Notes under the pieces: model-generated
Databases searched by the model: none
Told to the model about the DNA's origin: nothing
What the model saw: the letters and a program-made list of their open reading frames with translations, nothing else
Part shown: positions 29,690 through 37,704 of the stretch, one piece after another
Numbering within the stretch: the first letter of the stretch is position 1
Layout of the letters: each line of letters starts with the position of its first letter
NCBI GenBank assembly: GCA_963741945.1
Contig: CAVUKA010000005.1
Location: 288,001 to 352,000 of the forward strand
Source: an uncultured Gemmatimonadales bacterium
GTDB lineage: Bacteria; Gemmatimonadota; Gemmatimonadetes; Longimicrobiales; RSA9
DNA length: 64,000 bases
Reading direction: 5' to 3'
Made by a program: the position numbers and the translations under genes

Positions 29690-30295
29690 TCATTGGGAGG
29701 CCAGCAGAGCCCGGTCCAGCTCCCGGACACACCGCTCGATCCGGGCGTAGACCTCATCGAACACACCCGACTCCGCGCCCCACGGATCGCGGATGCCTCG
29801 ACGCCGGATCGCTGTCGGATCCAGGTCCCCGAGCACGAGGATGAAGGCCGGGGGCTGCCGCATGAGCTGCCGAGCGTGCCGTCGTTGCCGGACGTCCATG
29901 ACCACGACGAGCGGCGCAGCCACGGTGGGCCCCTGGTCGAGCAGCCGGGACCGGTGTCCCGAGAGGTCGACGCCCAGCCGCGCGGCCGCGGCGCGGGCTT
30001 CGGGAGGCGAGGGTCGCCCGGGGCCGATGAATCCAGCCGAAGCCACCTCGACGAGCTGACCGCGCATCGCCATTTCACGGCGGAGCACGGCCTCGGCGAA
30101 CGGGCTCCGGCAGATGTTGCCGTGACAGAGGAAGACGACGGAGGTGTCCGGCGGCAGGGCGCGGAGGTGGCGGAGGGCCGCATTTCGCCGCAGCGGATGG
30201 AGCGCGGCATCGAGGCGGTCCAGGAAGGTGCGGGCCGCGCGTCGCAGCGCGCGCACCGGCCGAGCCCCGCGATCTCCCTCGCTCTGATCTCCCAT
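29690..30295 (-). CDS. Low-molecular-weight protein-tyrosine phosphatase (Wzb-like)
   Basis: VFLCHGNICRSPFAE P-loop, VASAG, HRSR, VVMD, IRDPWG. Confidence 0.93.
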   Translation of the reverse strand: MGDQSEGDRGARPVRALRRAARTFLDRLDAALHPLRRNAALRHLRALPPDTSVVFLCHGNICRSPFAEAVLRREMAMRGQLVEVASAGFIGPGRPSPPEARAAAARLGVDLSGHRSRLLDQGPTVAAPLVVVMDVRQRRHARQLMRQPPAFILVLGDLDPTAIRRRGIRDPWGAESGVFDEVYARIERCVRELDRALLASQ

Positions 30296-30321
30296 GCGCG
30301 CGGTCGGGCTGCTCCGCCGTC

Positions 30322-30858
30322 TCAGCGACTCGCGGACGACGTTCCGGGGGGGTTACCCCCGAGTACCAGACCGGCGCCGCCTTCCTCCTTCGACCGGCGG
30401 GTCTGCCGGATCGAGCGCCAGAGCGCCGCGGCCAGAAGGAGCAGGATGGCCCCTGTGACCAGCACGATCGCCAGCGACCGGGCCGAGTTCATCTCGTAGA
30501 GCTGCTGCAGCTCCGGCTTCACGCCGCGCCGGACCTGCAACGCGTCCAGCATGAAGAGCGGCCCCACGATGACAAGGGCCAGCCCCGCAACTCCGCTCAC
30601 CACGGAATAGAACCGGCGCCAGCCTGGCCGATCGTGCAGCGCGGCAAGCGCAGCCCCCAGGAAAATTCCCAGCAGCGGGATGGCCGTGCCATCCGCCATC
30701 AACCCCAGCAGGCGCGTCCTTCGGAACGCCCCTTCCGTCCCCGGCACCAGCTGCGTCAGCACCAGCCCCGACAGCGGGAACAGGATCAGCGCCCAGGCCA
30801 CGAGCTGTCCGGGCCAGAACAGGGATCGCAGCGGCGTCGCGTTTCTCAGGTGTGCCAT
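30322..30858 (-). CDS. Uncharacterised 4-TM membrane protein (paralog B)
   Basis: LILFPL, LLGLM..PLLG, VVSGVAG, LFMLDALQVR; four hydrophobic segments. Confidence 0.78.
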   Translation of the reverse strand: MAHLRNATPLRSLFWPGQLVAWALILFPLSGLVLTQLVPGTEGAFRRTRLLGLMADGTAIPLLGIFLGAALAALHDRPGWRRFYSVVSGVAGLALVIVGPLFMLDALQVRRGVKPELQQLYEMNSARSLAIVLVTGAILLLLAAALWRSIRQTRRSKEEGGAGLVLGGNPPGTSSASR

Positions 30859-30977
30859 GCTGAACTCTTCGAGGCAGGATGAGGTGCGCCGGATCGCTCC
30901 ATCACGCGGCGGCGCCGCTCCCCGGCCGGGAAGCGGCGCCGCAGTCCGCACGCGATCACGAACGGTCCGTCAGCTCG

Positions 30978-31529
30978 TCAGACGCTGTCCTTGCGACGAC
31001 GTCGGGCCAGGCCGAACACGCCCAAGAGACCGGTGCCGAGCAGGAGAAGCGTGGCCGGCTCCGGCACCGTAGTCGGGGGTGGCGAGCCGCCCTCCCGCAT
31101 CTTGATCTCCAGGTTGCACCCCTGCCCCGTCGTGCACACCTCGTCCGTCACGGCCGTGGCCCCGATGTAGTAGGTCGTGCTCGCCGCCAGGTCGGGTGAA
31201 CCGAACCACTGGTTCGAATTCGGATCCGGGACGAAATAGTTGTAGTGGTACGCGTACGTTGCCGGGGTCGATTCCGGGTCGAAGTTGGTCGGATCCGTGA
31301 AGATCCACACGTCGAACTGGCCGGTCGCGGTCCCGGCCGCGTAGAGATCGTAGATGCCGGCCGGATCCACCGTGAACTGGTACAGGTAGTCGCTGTAGAC
31401 GGTGGGGCCGTTGCCCACGGTGGTGCAGCCCGGGCACTGGAAATGGAAGTTCTGCGCCTCCACGGCCGTGGGTGGCAGCAGTGCGAGCGCGGCCACCGCG
31501 CCCACGATCATGGCAATTCTCTTCTTCAT
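30978..31529 (-). CDS. PEP-CTERM protein 2
   Basis: AGGAGG RBS, signal peptide MKKRIAMIVGAVAALALLPPTAVEA; C-term VPEPATLLLLGTGLLGVFGLARRRRKDSV. Confidence 0.93.
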   Translation of the reverse strand: MKKRIAMIVGAVAALALLPPTAVEAQNFHFQCPGCTTVGNGPTVYSDYLYQFTVDPAGIYDLYAAGTATGQFDVWIFTDPTNFDPESTPATYAYHYNYFVPDPNSNQWFGSPDLAASTTYYIGATAVTDEVCTTGQGCNLEIKMREGGSPPPTTVPEPATLLLLGTGLLGVFGLARRRRKDSV

Positions 31530-31992
31530 GCGGCCCTCCTGGGGGGAACAACGGGTGATCGCGTACATCGCCACGGAAACGCCCGGTCCCGTTCATCAGG
31601 TGCCGGACTGTCCGTATGCGACGGTATTTCGGAGTCGCAAGATCGGAACCGACCATCGCAATCCGGAACGCGACCACCCGGTAATACCTGCTAACGCAAG
31701 TTATTACAACGATTTAGGGGCCATGACAGCATCCGGATGTCCGACCTCCGCATCCTCCCGATCGGCCCCATGAGTGTGGAGTGGCTACCACAGGTGTCGT
31801 GGACAGCCGCCATGAAGACAGGCCCGGCCCGGCCGCCAGGGCGGCGGTGGTGGCGGACGGCCGCATTTCCCCGTAGCGTGATGGCGGCCCGGGGGTCAAA
31901 CCGCCCTGGCCGCCGTGCTGGTCCGAACCGTGCCGGGACGAAGAATCCGTGAGCGACGATCCCCTGACTCGCCGGTGGAGCGTTCGAAGCTT

Positions 31993-32880
31993 TTGATCCA
32001 TCATCATTTCACGGTCGATGTCGAGGAGTACTTCCAGGTGGTGGCGCTGGCGCCGCACGTGTCCCGCGACGCGTGGCCGACGCTGCCGTCGCGGGTGGAA
32101 GCTTCCGTCGACCTGATCCTCGAGCGGCTGGCCGGGGTCGGCGCCACGGGCACGTTCTTCGTCCTGGGCTGGATCGCCGAGCGGCACCCGGAGCTGGTGC
32201 GCCGGATCGGCGACGCCGGTCACGAGATCGCGTCGCACGGCCAGGCGCACCGGCGCGTCACGGAGTTGACGCCCGCGGAGCTGCGGGAGAGCGTGCGGCG
32301 GAGCCGTGCGGTGCTCGAGGATGCCGCGGGGCGGCCCGTCGTCGGCTACCGGGCCCCGAGCTTCAGCATCACGCCCGGCATGGAATGGGCGCTCGAGATC
32401 CTGCTGGAGGAGGGGTATCGCTACGACTCGTCACTCTTCCCCGTCCGGCGACGCGGCTACGGCTACCCTGGCGGCCGGCGCGAGCCCCACCGGCTCGAGC
32501 TGAGCGCCGGCACGCTGCACGAGGTCCCGCCCACCACGCTCCGGCTGGGCGGCGCTGTGCTGCCGGCCGCCGGCGGCGCGTATTTCCGGCTGCTGCCGTA
32601 CGGCCTGGTGAGCGCCGGTCTGCGTCAGGCGGAGCGGGCGGGCCATCCCGGCACGTTCTACATCCACCCGTGGGAGCTGGACCCCGGTCAGCCCCGGCTC
32701 CCCGTCCCGCCGGCCACACGCGTCCGGCACTACGGCGGTGTGCGAGGAACCGAGCGCAAGCTCCGCAAGCTGCTGCGGGAGTTTCGCTTCCAGTCCATCG
32801 CCACTACACTCGACGCGGGCTCGCCCGGCGCGCGCCCGGCGTCGCCTCGCAACCCCGAACCCCGATGCTCCAGCTCGTGA
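31993..32880 (+). CDS. Polysaccharide deacetylase, PEP-CTERM/XrtA-associated type (with DUF3473-like C-term)
   Basis: FTVDVEEYFQV, TFFVLGWIAER, HEIASHG, GYRAPSFSI, YDSSLFP, AGGAYFRLLP, FYIHPWELDPGQPR; TTG start inferred. Confidence 0.92.
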   Translation: MIHHHFTVDVEEYFQVVALAPHVSRDAWPTLPSRVEASVDLILERLAGVGATGTFFVLGWIAERHPELVRRIGDAGHEIASHGQAHRRVTELTPAELRESVRRSRAVLEDAAGRPVVGYRAPSFSITPGMEWALEILLEEGYRYDSSLFPVRRRGYGYPGGRREPHRLELSAGTLHEVPPTTLRLGGAVLPAAGGAYFRLLPYGLVSAGLRQAERAGHPGTFYIHPWELDPGQPRLPVPPATRVRHYGGVRGTERKLRKLLREFRFQSIATTLDAGSPGARPASPRNPEPRCSSS

Positions 32881-33917
32881 AGCCCAGCCGCACCCTCTAC
32901 ATCGACACCGCCGGCTACTCCGACGCCCGGCGATGGGACGACTTCGTCCGCTCCCGCCCGGAGTCCACGTTCTGCCAGTTGCACGGCTGGCGCCCCATCG
33001 TCGAGGAGATCCTCGGCCACGAGACCCGCTACCTCATGGCGCGCGCGGGCGACGCCAGCGTCGCCGGCGTCCTCCCGCTCGTGCGGGTCCGGAGCCGCCT
33101 GTTCGGCGACTACCTCATGAGCATGCCCTTCCTCAATTACGGAGGGCCGCTGGGCGACGAGGACGCCGTCGAGCTCCTCGTCCGGCACGCCCGGGACGTG
33201 GCAGAAGCTGCCGACGTGGACCTCCTCGAGCTGCGCGCCCGCTCCCCGCTCCCGGGCGACCTGGACACGTCCGACCGCAAGATCACCGTCCTCCTCGACC
33301 TCCCGTCCGACCCCGAGGAGCTGTGGAAGGCGCTCAGGTCCAAAGTGCGCAGCCAGGTGCGGCGCCCGATGAAGGAAGGCATGGAAGTGCGCACGGACCT
33401 GGACCAGATCCGCCCGTTCTACGACATCTACTGCCGCAACATGCGCGACCTCGGCACGCCCGTGCTGCCGCTGAGCTTCTTCACCCGCGTGCTCCACCTC
33501 TTCGAGGACCACATCACGTTCGCCGCCGTCTACCACGAGGGGAAGGCCGTGGCCGCCGGCGCCGGCATCACGCACGGCAGCGAGTTCGAGATCACCTGGG
33601 CCTCGGCGCTCCGCGAGTACAGCCGCATGGCGCCCAACATGCTCCTGTACTGGAGCCTCATGGAGGAGATGAGCCGGCGAGGGCTGGAGACGTTCAACTT
33701 CGGCCGCTGCACCCCCGGCGGCGGCACCCACCGCTTCAAGAGCCAGTGGGGCGGCCGCGACGTACCGCTGCCATGGGCGCAGTGGTCCCCGGATGGCGTC
33801 GACGCCACCCCGTCGCCCGACTCCCCGAAGTACCGGCTCGCCACGAGCATCTGGCAGAAGCTGCCGCTCGCCGTGACCAACCGGCTCGGGCCCGTGCTGG
33901 CGAGGAGCCTGCCGTAG
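32865..33917 (+). CDS. FemAB-like (GNAT-fold) PEP-CTERM system-associated protein
   Basis: WDDFV, SMPFLNYGG, RNMRDLGTP, APNMLLYW, FNFGR, FKSQWG, WQKLP. Confidence 0.9.
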   Translation: MLQLVKPSRTLYIDTAGYSDARRWDDFVRSRPESTFCQLHGWRPIVEEILGHETRYLMARAGDASVAGVLPLVRVRSRLFGDYLMSMPFLNYGGPLGDEDAVELLVRHARDVAEAADVDLLELRARSPLPGDLDTSDRKITVLLDLPSDPEELWKALRSKVRSQVRRPMKEGMEVRTDLDQIRPFYDIYCRNMRDLGTPVLPLSFFTRVLHLFEDHITFAAVYHEGKAVAAGAGITHGSEFEITWASALREYSRMAPNMLLYWSLMEEMSRRGLETFNFGRCTPGGGTHRFKSQWGGRDVPLPWAQWSPDGVDATPSPDSPKYRLATSIWQKLPLAVTNRLGPVLARSLP

Positions 33918-33924
33918 GCGACGC

Positions 33925-35037
33925 ATGGCGCCGTCATCCCGCCGGGTCCTGGCCGGCTTCGCGGCCGCCGCGGCCACCGCGGTCATCCTCGCCCTCACGC
34001 TCCAGCCCGCTTCCGCCGCGGTCGATACGCGGGAAGTGCTGACCACCACCTGCATCATCTGCGGCTCCCGAGGCACCGCCGACGCCATCCTGAACGTCTT
34101 CCTCTTCGCCCCCTTCGGCGCCGCGCTGGTGCTGGCCGGGTGGCGAGTCGGGTGGGTGGTCCTGACCGCGGCCCTCCTCTCCACCGGCATCGAGGCCACG
34201 CAGCTCGGGCTGGTCGGGCGCTACGCGTCGGTGGGGGACGTGATCTGGAACACCACCGGCGCCGCGCTCGCCGCGCTGCTCGCCGCCCGCGCGGGATCGA
34301 TCCGCGCGTGGGTCGTGACCCACCGCCGAGCCGCGGGAGCCGCGCTCGTCGCTCTACCCGTGGTCGTGGTCGGGGCCACCGCTTGGCTCCTGCTACCCGC
34401 GCCGCAGGAAGGCACCTACTACGGCCAGTGGACGGCCGACCTGGGACCGTCGTTGGGCGTGTACCGGGGACGGATCTTCCAGGCGACGATCGGCGACCAG
34501 CCCGCTCCCTCCCGGCGGCTCCGGGACTCCGCAGCTTCCCGCCGGGCCATCCTCGCCGGCGAGCCGATCCGGCTCCGCTTCGTGGCCGGCGCTCCACCCG
34601 CGCGCCTCGCGCCGATCTTCAGCATCTACGACGGGCGCCACCACGAGGTGCTGCTGCTGGGGGCGGAAGGGGACGACATGGTGCTGCGGATCCGGCGGAA
34701 GGCGGAAGCGTTGCGCCTGGATGAGCCGACTCTCCGGTGGCGCGGTGCGCTGGCGGGGATCGCGCCCGGAGACACCATCACCGCCGCGCTCCGCCGGTCC
34801 GGGCCCTGGGGCTTCTGCCTGAAGGTGACCCGTCCCGGGCCCTCGGCCGACGGCTGCGCGGAGGTGGGGGCGTGGCGGGGATGGGCGCTGCTGGCGGATC
34901 CGTCCGACGCGCCTCCGTGGATGCGGTCGGCGGCCGACGTCGTCTGGGTGCTGGCCGGTGTCGCCGTGGCGGCGCTGGGGCTGTGGATCCTGCGAAGACC
35001 CCCCGCGCTCAGCCAGCGCCCGCCCGGCGACGCGTAG
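33925..35037 (+). CDS. VanZ-like membrane protein with periplasmic domain
   Basis: DAILNVFLFAPFG, STGIEATQ, GRYASVGDVIWNTTGA. Confidence 0.82.
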   Translation: MAPSSRRVLAGFAAAAATAVILALTLQPASAAVDTREVLTTTCIICGSRGTADAILNVFLFAPFGAALVLAGWRVGWVVLTAALLSTGIEATQLGLVGRYASVGDVIWNTTGAALAALLAARAGSIRAWVVTHRRAAGAALVALPVVVVGATAWLLLPAPQEGTYYGQWTADLGPSLGVYRGRIFQATIGDQPAPSRRLRDSAASRRAILAGEPIRLRFVAGAPPARLAPIFSIYDGRHHEVLLLGAEGDDMVLRIRRKAEALRLDEPTLRWRGALAGIAPGDTITAALRRSGPWGFCLKVTRPGPSADGCAEVGAWRGWALLADPSDAPPWMRSAADVVWVLAGVAVAALGLWILRRPPALSQRPPGDA

Positions 35038-36196
35038 GCTCCCACACCGCCTGACGGCTGCCACTGAGCAGTCCGAGGAACGCGCGCATCGCCGCCACGT
35101 TCCCCATGAGCCCGTACGTCAGGGTCCCCACGGGCGACGGGAGCACGCGCCCGCGCGCCGCCCTGGTCCATCCCCAGGCCGCCACGGCCAGCCCCGCCGT
35201 CCCCAGCCCGGCAAGTGCGGCGGCCCACGCGTGGGCCCGCGCCAGCACCACCAGCGCCGCGAACGCGGCCACCCCCGCCCATGGCAGCGCCCAGCGCGCC
35301 ACCTTGTGGCTCCACAGCATCCATGCGAAGACGGGATGCCGGAACGGGTTCAGCAGGTGGCGCTTGTACCAGAGCGTGTGCATCCCCCGCTCGATGGTCC
35401 GGACCTTCCGCCGGTACTCCCGCTGGAGCGAGTCGGTGCGGGGTACGTAGCAGACCGCTTCCGGCACCGACACTGCCCGGTAGCCGTTCTCCTCCGCGTG
35501 CAGCGCGGCGGCGAAATCGCGACTCAGGTCACGCGGCAGCGGCCAGCGGTGCAGGTCCGTCCGGATGGCATAGAGGGAGCCGGACGCGCCCACGATGCCG
35601 TGCAGCCGGGTCTCCGCGTCGCGCACCGCCATCTCGTAGCCCACGTACCCCGCCTCGCCGGCGTTCTGCTCGCGCTCCGCGTGCGAAACACTCACGTCCC
35701 TCCCCGACGCCACGCCCACCGACGCGTCGCGGAAGCGGGACACCAGCGGCTTGATGGCGTCAGGAGCGATGCGGATCGATGCGTCCGTGTTGATCACGAT
35801 GCCGCCCCGGACGTGCTCCGCCGCCAGCTCCTCGGCGGCCGTCTTCCCCCGCCGCTCCGGCTGTCGCACCAGCTCCACACCCCTGTCCGCGTACGCCCGC
35901 ACGATCCCGTCGGTGCCGTCCGTGGACGCGTCGGACACGACGATGATCTGCCGACGGTCCGCCGGGTAGTCGATGGCGAGGAGCGCTTCGATGGTCCCCG
36001 CGATCTCCGCCTCTTCGTTGTACGCGGGGACGCTGAAGGAGATGAACGGCCATTCACCCGGCGCCTCGAGCTCCCCATCCCTCGGGCGGCCTCCGCGCCG
36101 GAACCGGGCCAGCACGCCCACCAGGAAGGGGTACCCCGCGTAGGTGTAGAGAGCCAGGAGCACGGCACACGCGAGAACGGCGTAGGCAACGCTCAT
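35009..36196 (-). CDS. Glycosyltransferase family 2, membrane-anchored
   Basis: YTYAGYP, VPAYNEE, VSDASTDGT, GKTAA, TDA, GASGSLYAIR, EYRRKVR, SHKVARW. Confidence 0.92.
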   Translation of the reverse strand: MSVAYAVLACAVLLALYTYAGYPFLVGVLARFRRGGRPRDGELEAPGEWPFISFSVPAYNEEAEIAGTIEALLAIDYPADRRQIIVVSDASTDGTDGIVRAYADRGVELVRQPERRGKTAAEELAAEHVRGGIVINTDASIRIAPDAIKPLVSRFRDASVGVASGRDVSVSHAEREQNAGEAGYVGYEMAVRDAETRLHGIVGASGSLYAIRTDLHRWPLPRDLSRDFAAALHAEENGYRAVSVPEAVCYVPRTDSLQREYRRKVRTIERGMHTLWYKRHLLNPFRHPVFAWMLWSHKVARWALPWAGVAAFAALVVLARAHAWAAALAGLGTAGLAVAAWGWTRAARGRVLPSPVGTLTYGLMGNVAAMRAFLGLLSGSRQAVWEPTRRRAGAG

Positions 36197-37332
36197 CGGT
36201 CGCGCCGCCTCCGCTCCATTGCGCTCCGGTACACCCTCTGGTACGCCTCCACCCACTGCTCCGCCCCGAACTCCCGCTCCAGCCGCTGCTTCGCCGCTTC
36301 CGCCCGGGCCCGCGCCGCCCCGGGATCGTCGCGCACGGCCCGGATCGCCGCGGCCAGCGCCGCCGGATCCTCCGGCGGCACCAGCAGCGCCTCCCGCGGC
36401 CCGACCACGTCCGGCACCCCGCCGACCCGCGTCGCCACGATCGGCACTCCGGCGTGCATGGCTTCCAGCAGGACCATGGGCGTCCCTTCCGTCCGTGAGC
36501 TGAGGACGAACACGTCGAATGCGCGGAACAGCGTGTCCGCGCCGTGGATGACGCCGTGCCACCGCACCGGCGGCGCGGATGTCACGGACTGCGCCTCGAG
36601 CGCGGCACGGAGCGGACCATCGCCGATGACCGACGCCTCGAAGCCCTCATCCCCCAGGCGCCGCAGCGCGTCCAGCAGCACATCCGGCCCCTTCTCCCGA
36701 CTCACCCGGCCCACCCACCCGATACGGAACTCCGGCTGGACGCCGAGCCGGGCGCGAGCCGAGTCCCGGTCGAGCAAAGGCGCCGTCGCGAGCCAACCGT
36801 TCCGCACCACATGGAGACGATCGGGAGACACGCCCGAAGCTTCGACTCCCTTTCGCATGGGTTCACTGACGACCACGATGCCATCCAGGTGCCTGGCTGT
36901 GCGCCGCTGGAGTCGCTCGTAAAGCCGATTCCGCAAGCTGCCACCAGTGAATCCGTGCAACGTGGTGACCGCCGCGAGGCCCGCACGCCTCGCCGCGGGG
37001 GCATCCACCACATCGGCGCGATAACCATGGCTATGGACAATATCTGCCCCCGTCGCACGTGCGTGTGCGACCACGGCCTTGCGCTCGGTTAGATAAGCCC
37101 GTCTGCTCCGCAGTGGCAGCTGGAAAACTCGAACCTCGTTGCGGTCTAGGGATGCGAGGATGGGATGCGCGGTGACACGACCCGTAGTCACAGCAAGCAC
37201 GGCCGGCTCCAAGCCGGCACGGCGCTGCGCCACTGCGAGCGCCTCCACCACTCGGAACTGCCCTCCGACGACGCCCATTTCGAAGGCATGGAGGACGCGA
37301 CACGGCTCCGGGCCGTTCACGGGCCCGCACAC
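36193..37332 (-). CDS. Glycosyltransferase family 4
   Basis: VHSHG, TTLHG, VGRVSREKG, FVLSSRTEGTPMVLLEAM, ATRVGG. Confidence 0.92.
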   Translation of the reverse strand: MCGPVNGPEPCRVLHAFEMGVVGGQFRVVEALAVAQRRAGLEPAVLAVTTGRVTAHPILASLDRNEVRVFQLPLRSRRAYLTERKAVVAHARATGADIVHSHGYRADVVDAPAARRAGLAAVTTLHGFTGGSLRNRLYERLQRRTARHLDGIVVVSEPMRKGVEASGVSPDRLHVVRNGWLATAPLLDRDSARARLGVQPEFRIGWVGRVSREKGPDVLLDALRRLGDEGFEASVIGDGPLRAALEAQSVTSAPPVRWHGVIHGADTLFRAFDVFVLSSRTEGTPMVLLEAMHAGVPIVATRVGGVPDVVGPREALLVPPEDPAALAAAIRAVRDDPGAARARAEAAKQRLEREFGAEQWVEAYQRVYRSAMERRRRDR

Positions 37333-37626
37333 CAGGGCGCCCGGCGGAGGATAGGCCTCGACCCCTGCATGACAGTCTTCATACCCTCCCCGCGGTCGCG
37401 GACTTCAGATCGGGAAATCTGCATGATGGCAGCGCAGAATACACAGCTCCAGCCAGCAGAGAGCGCCGTCTGTGAGCTCGCAAGCCGGTGCATCCGACAA
37501 TGATCGCATCATCATATTCGTGGTCGCAGTTCGCTGCCAGCAGCGGCCAAGCGGTGAAGCCTGGACTTCGCCTCGAACTCGCTGCATACGGACCGGAGCC
37601 GTGGGTATCTCACGATCGTGGAAAGA

Positions 37627-37667
37627 AGCGATCAGGGGCACCCGCGTGGCGGGTGCCCCTGATCGCT
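37627..37667 (-). terminator. Rho-independent terminator after the Ig-repeat gene
   Basis: 19-bp stem AGCGATCAGGGGCACCCGC-gtg-GCGGGTGCCCCTGATCGCT followed on the minus strand by TCTTTC, about 37 nt after the stop. Confidence 0.75.
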
Positions 37668-37704
37668 ACGGCTGGGGCATACGGCTGGAGCAGGTTCGAG
37701 CGTG

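Noticed and set aside
33925-35037. Possible exosortase
   Set aside because: Motifs are VanZ-like; no exosortase catalytic Cys/Arg/His pattern.
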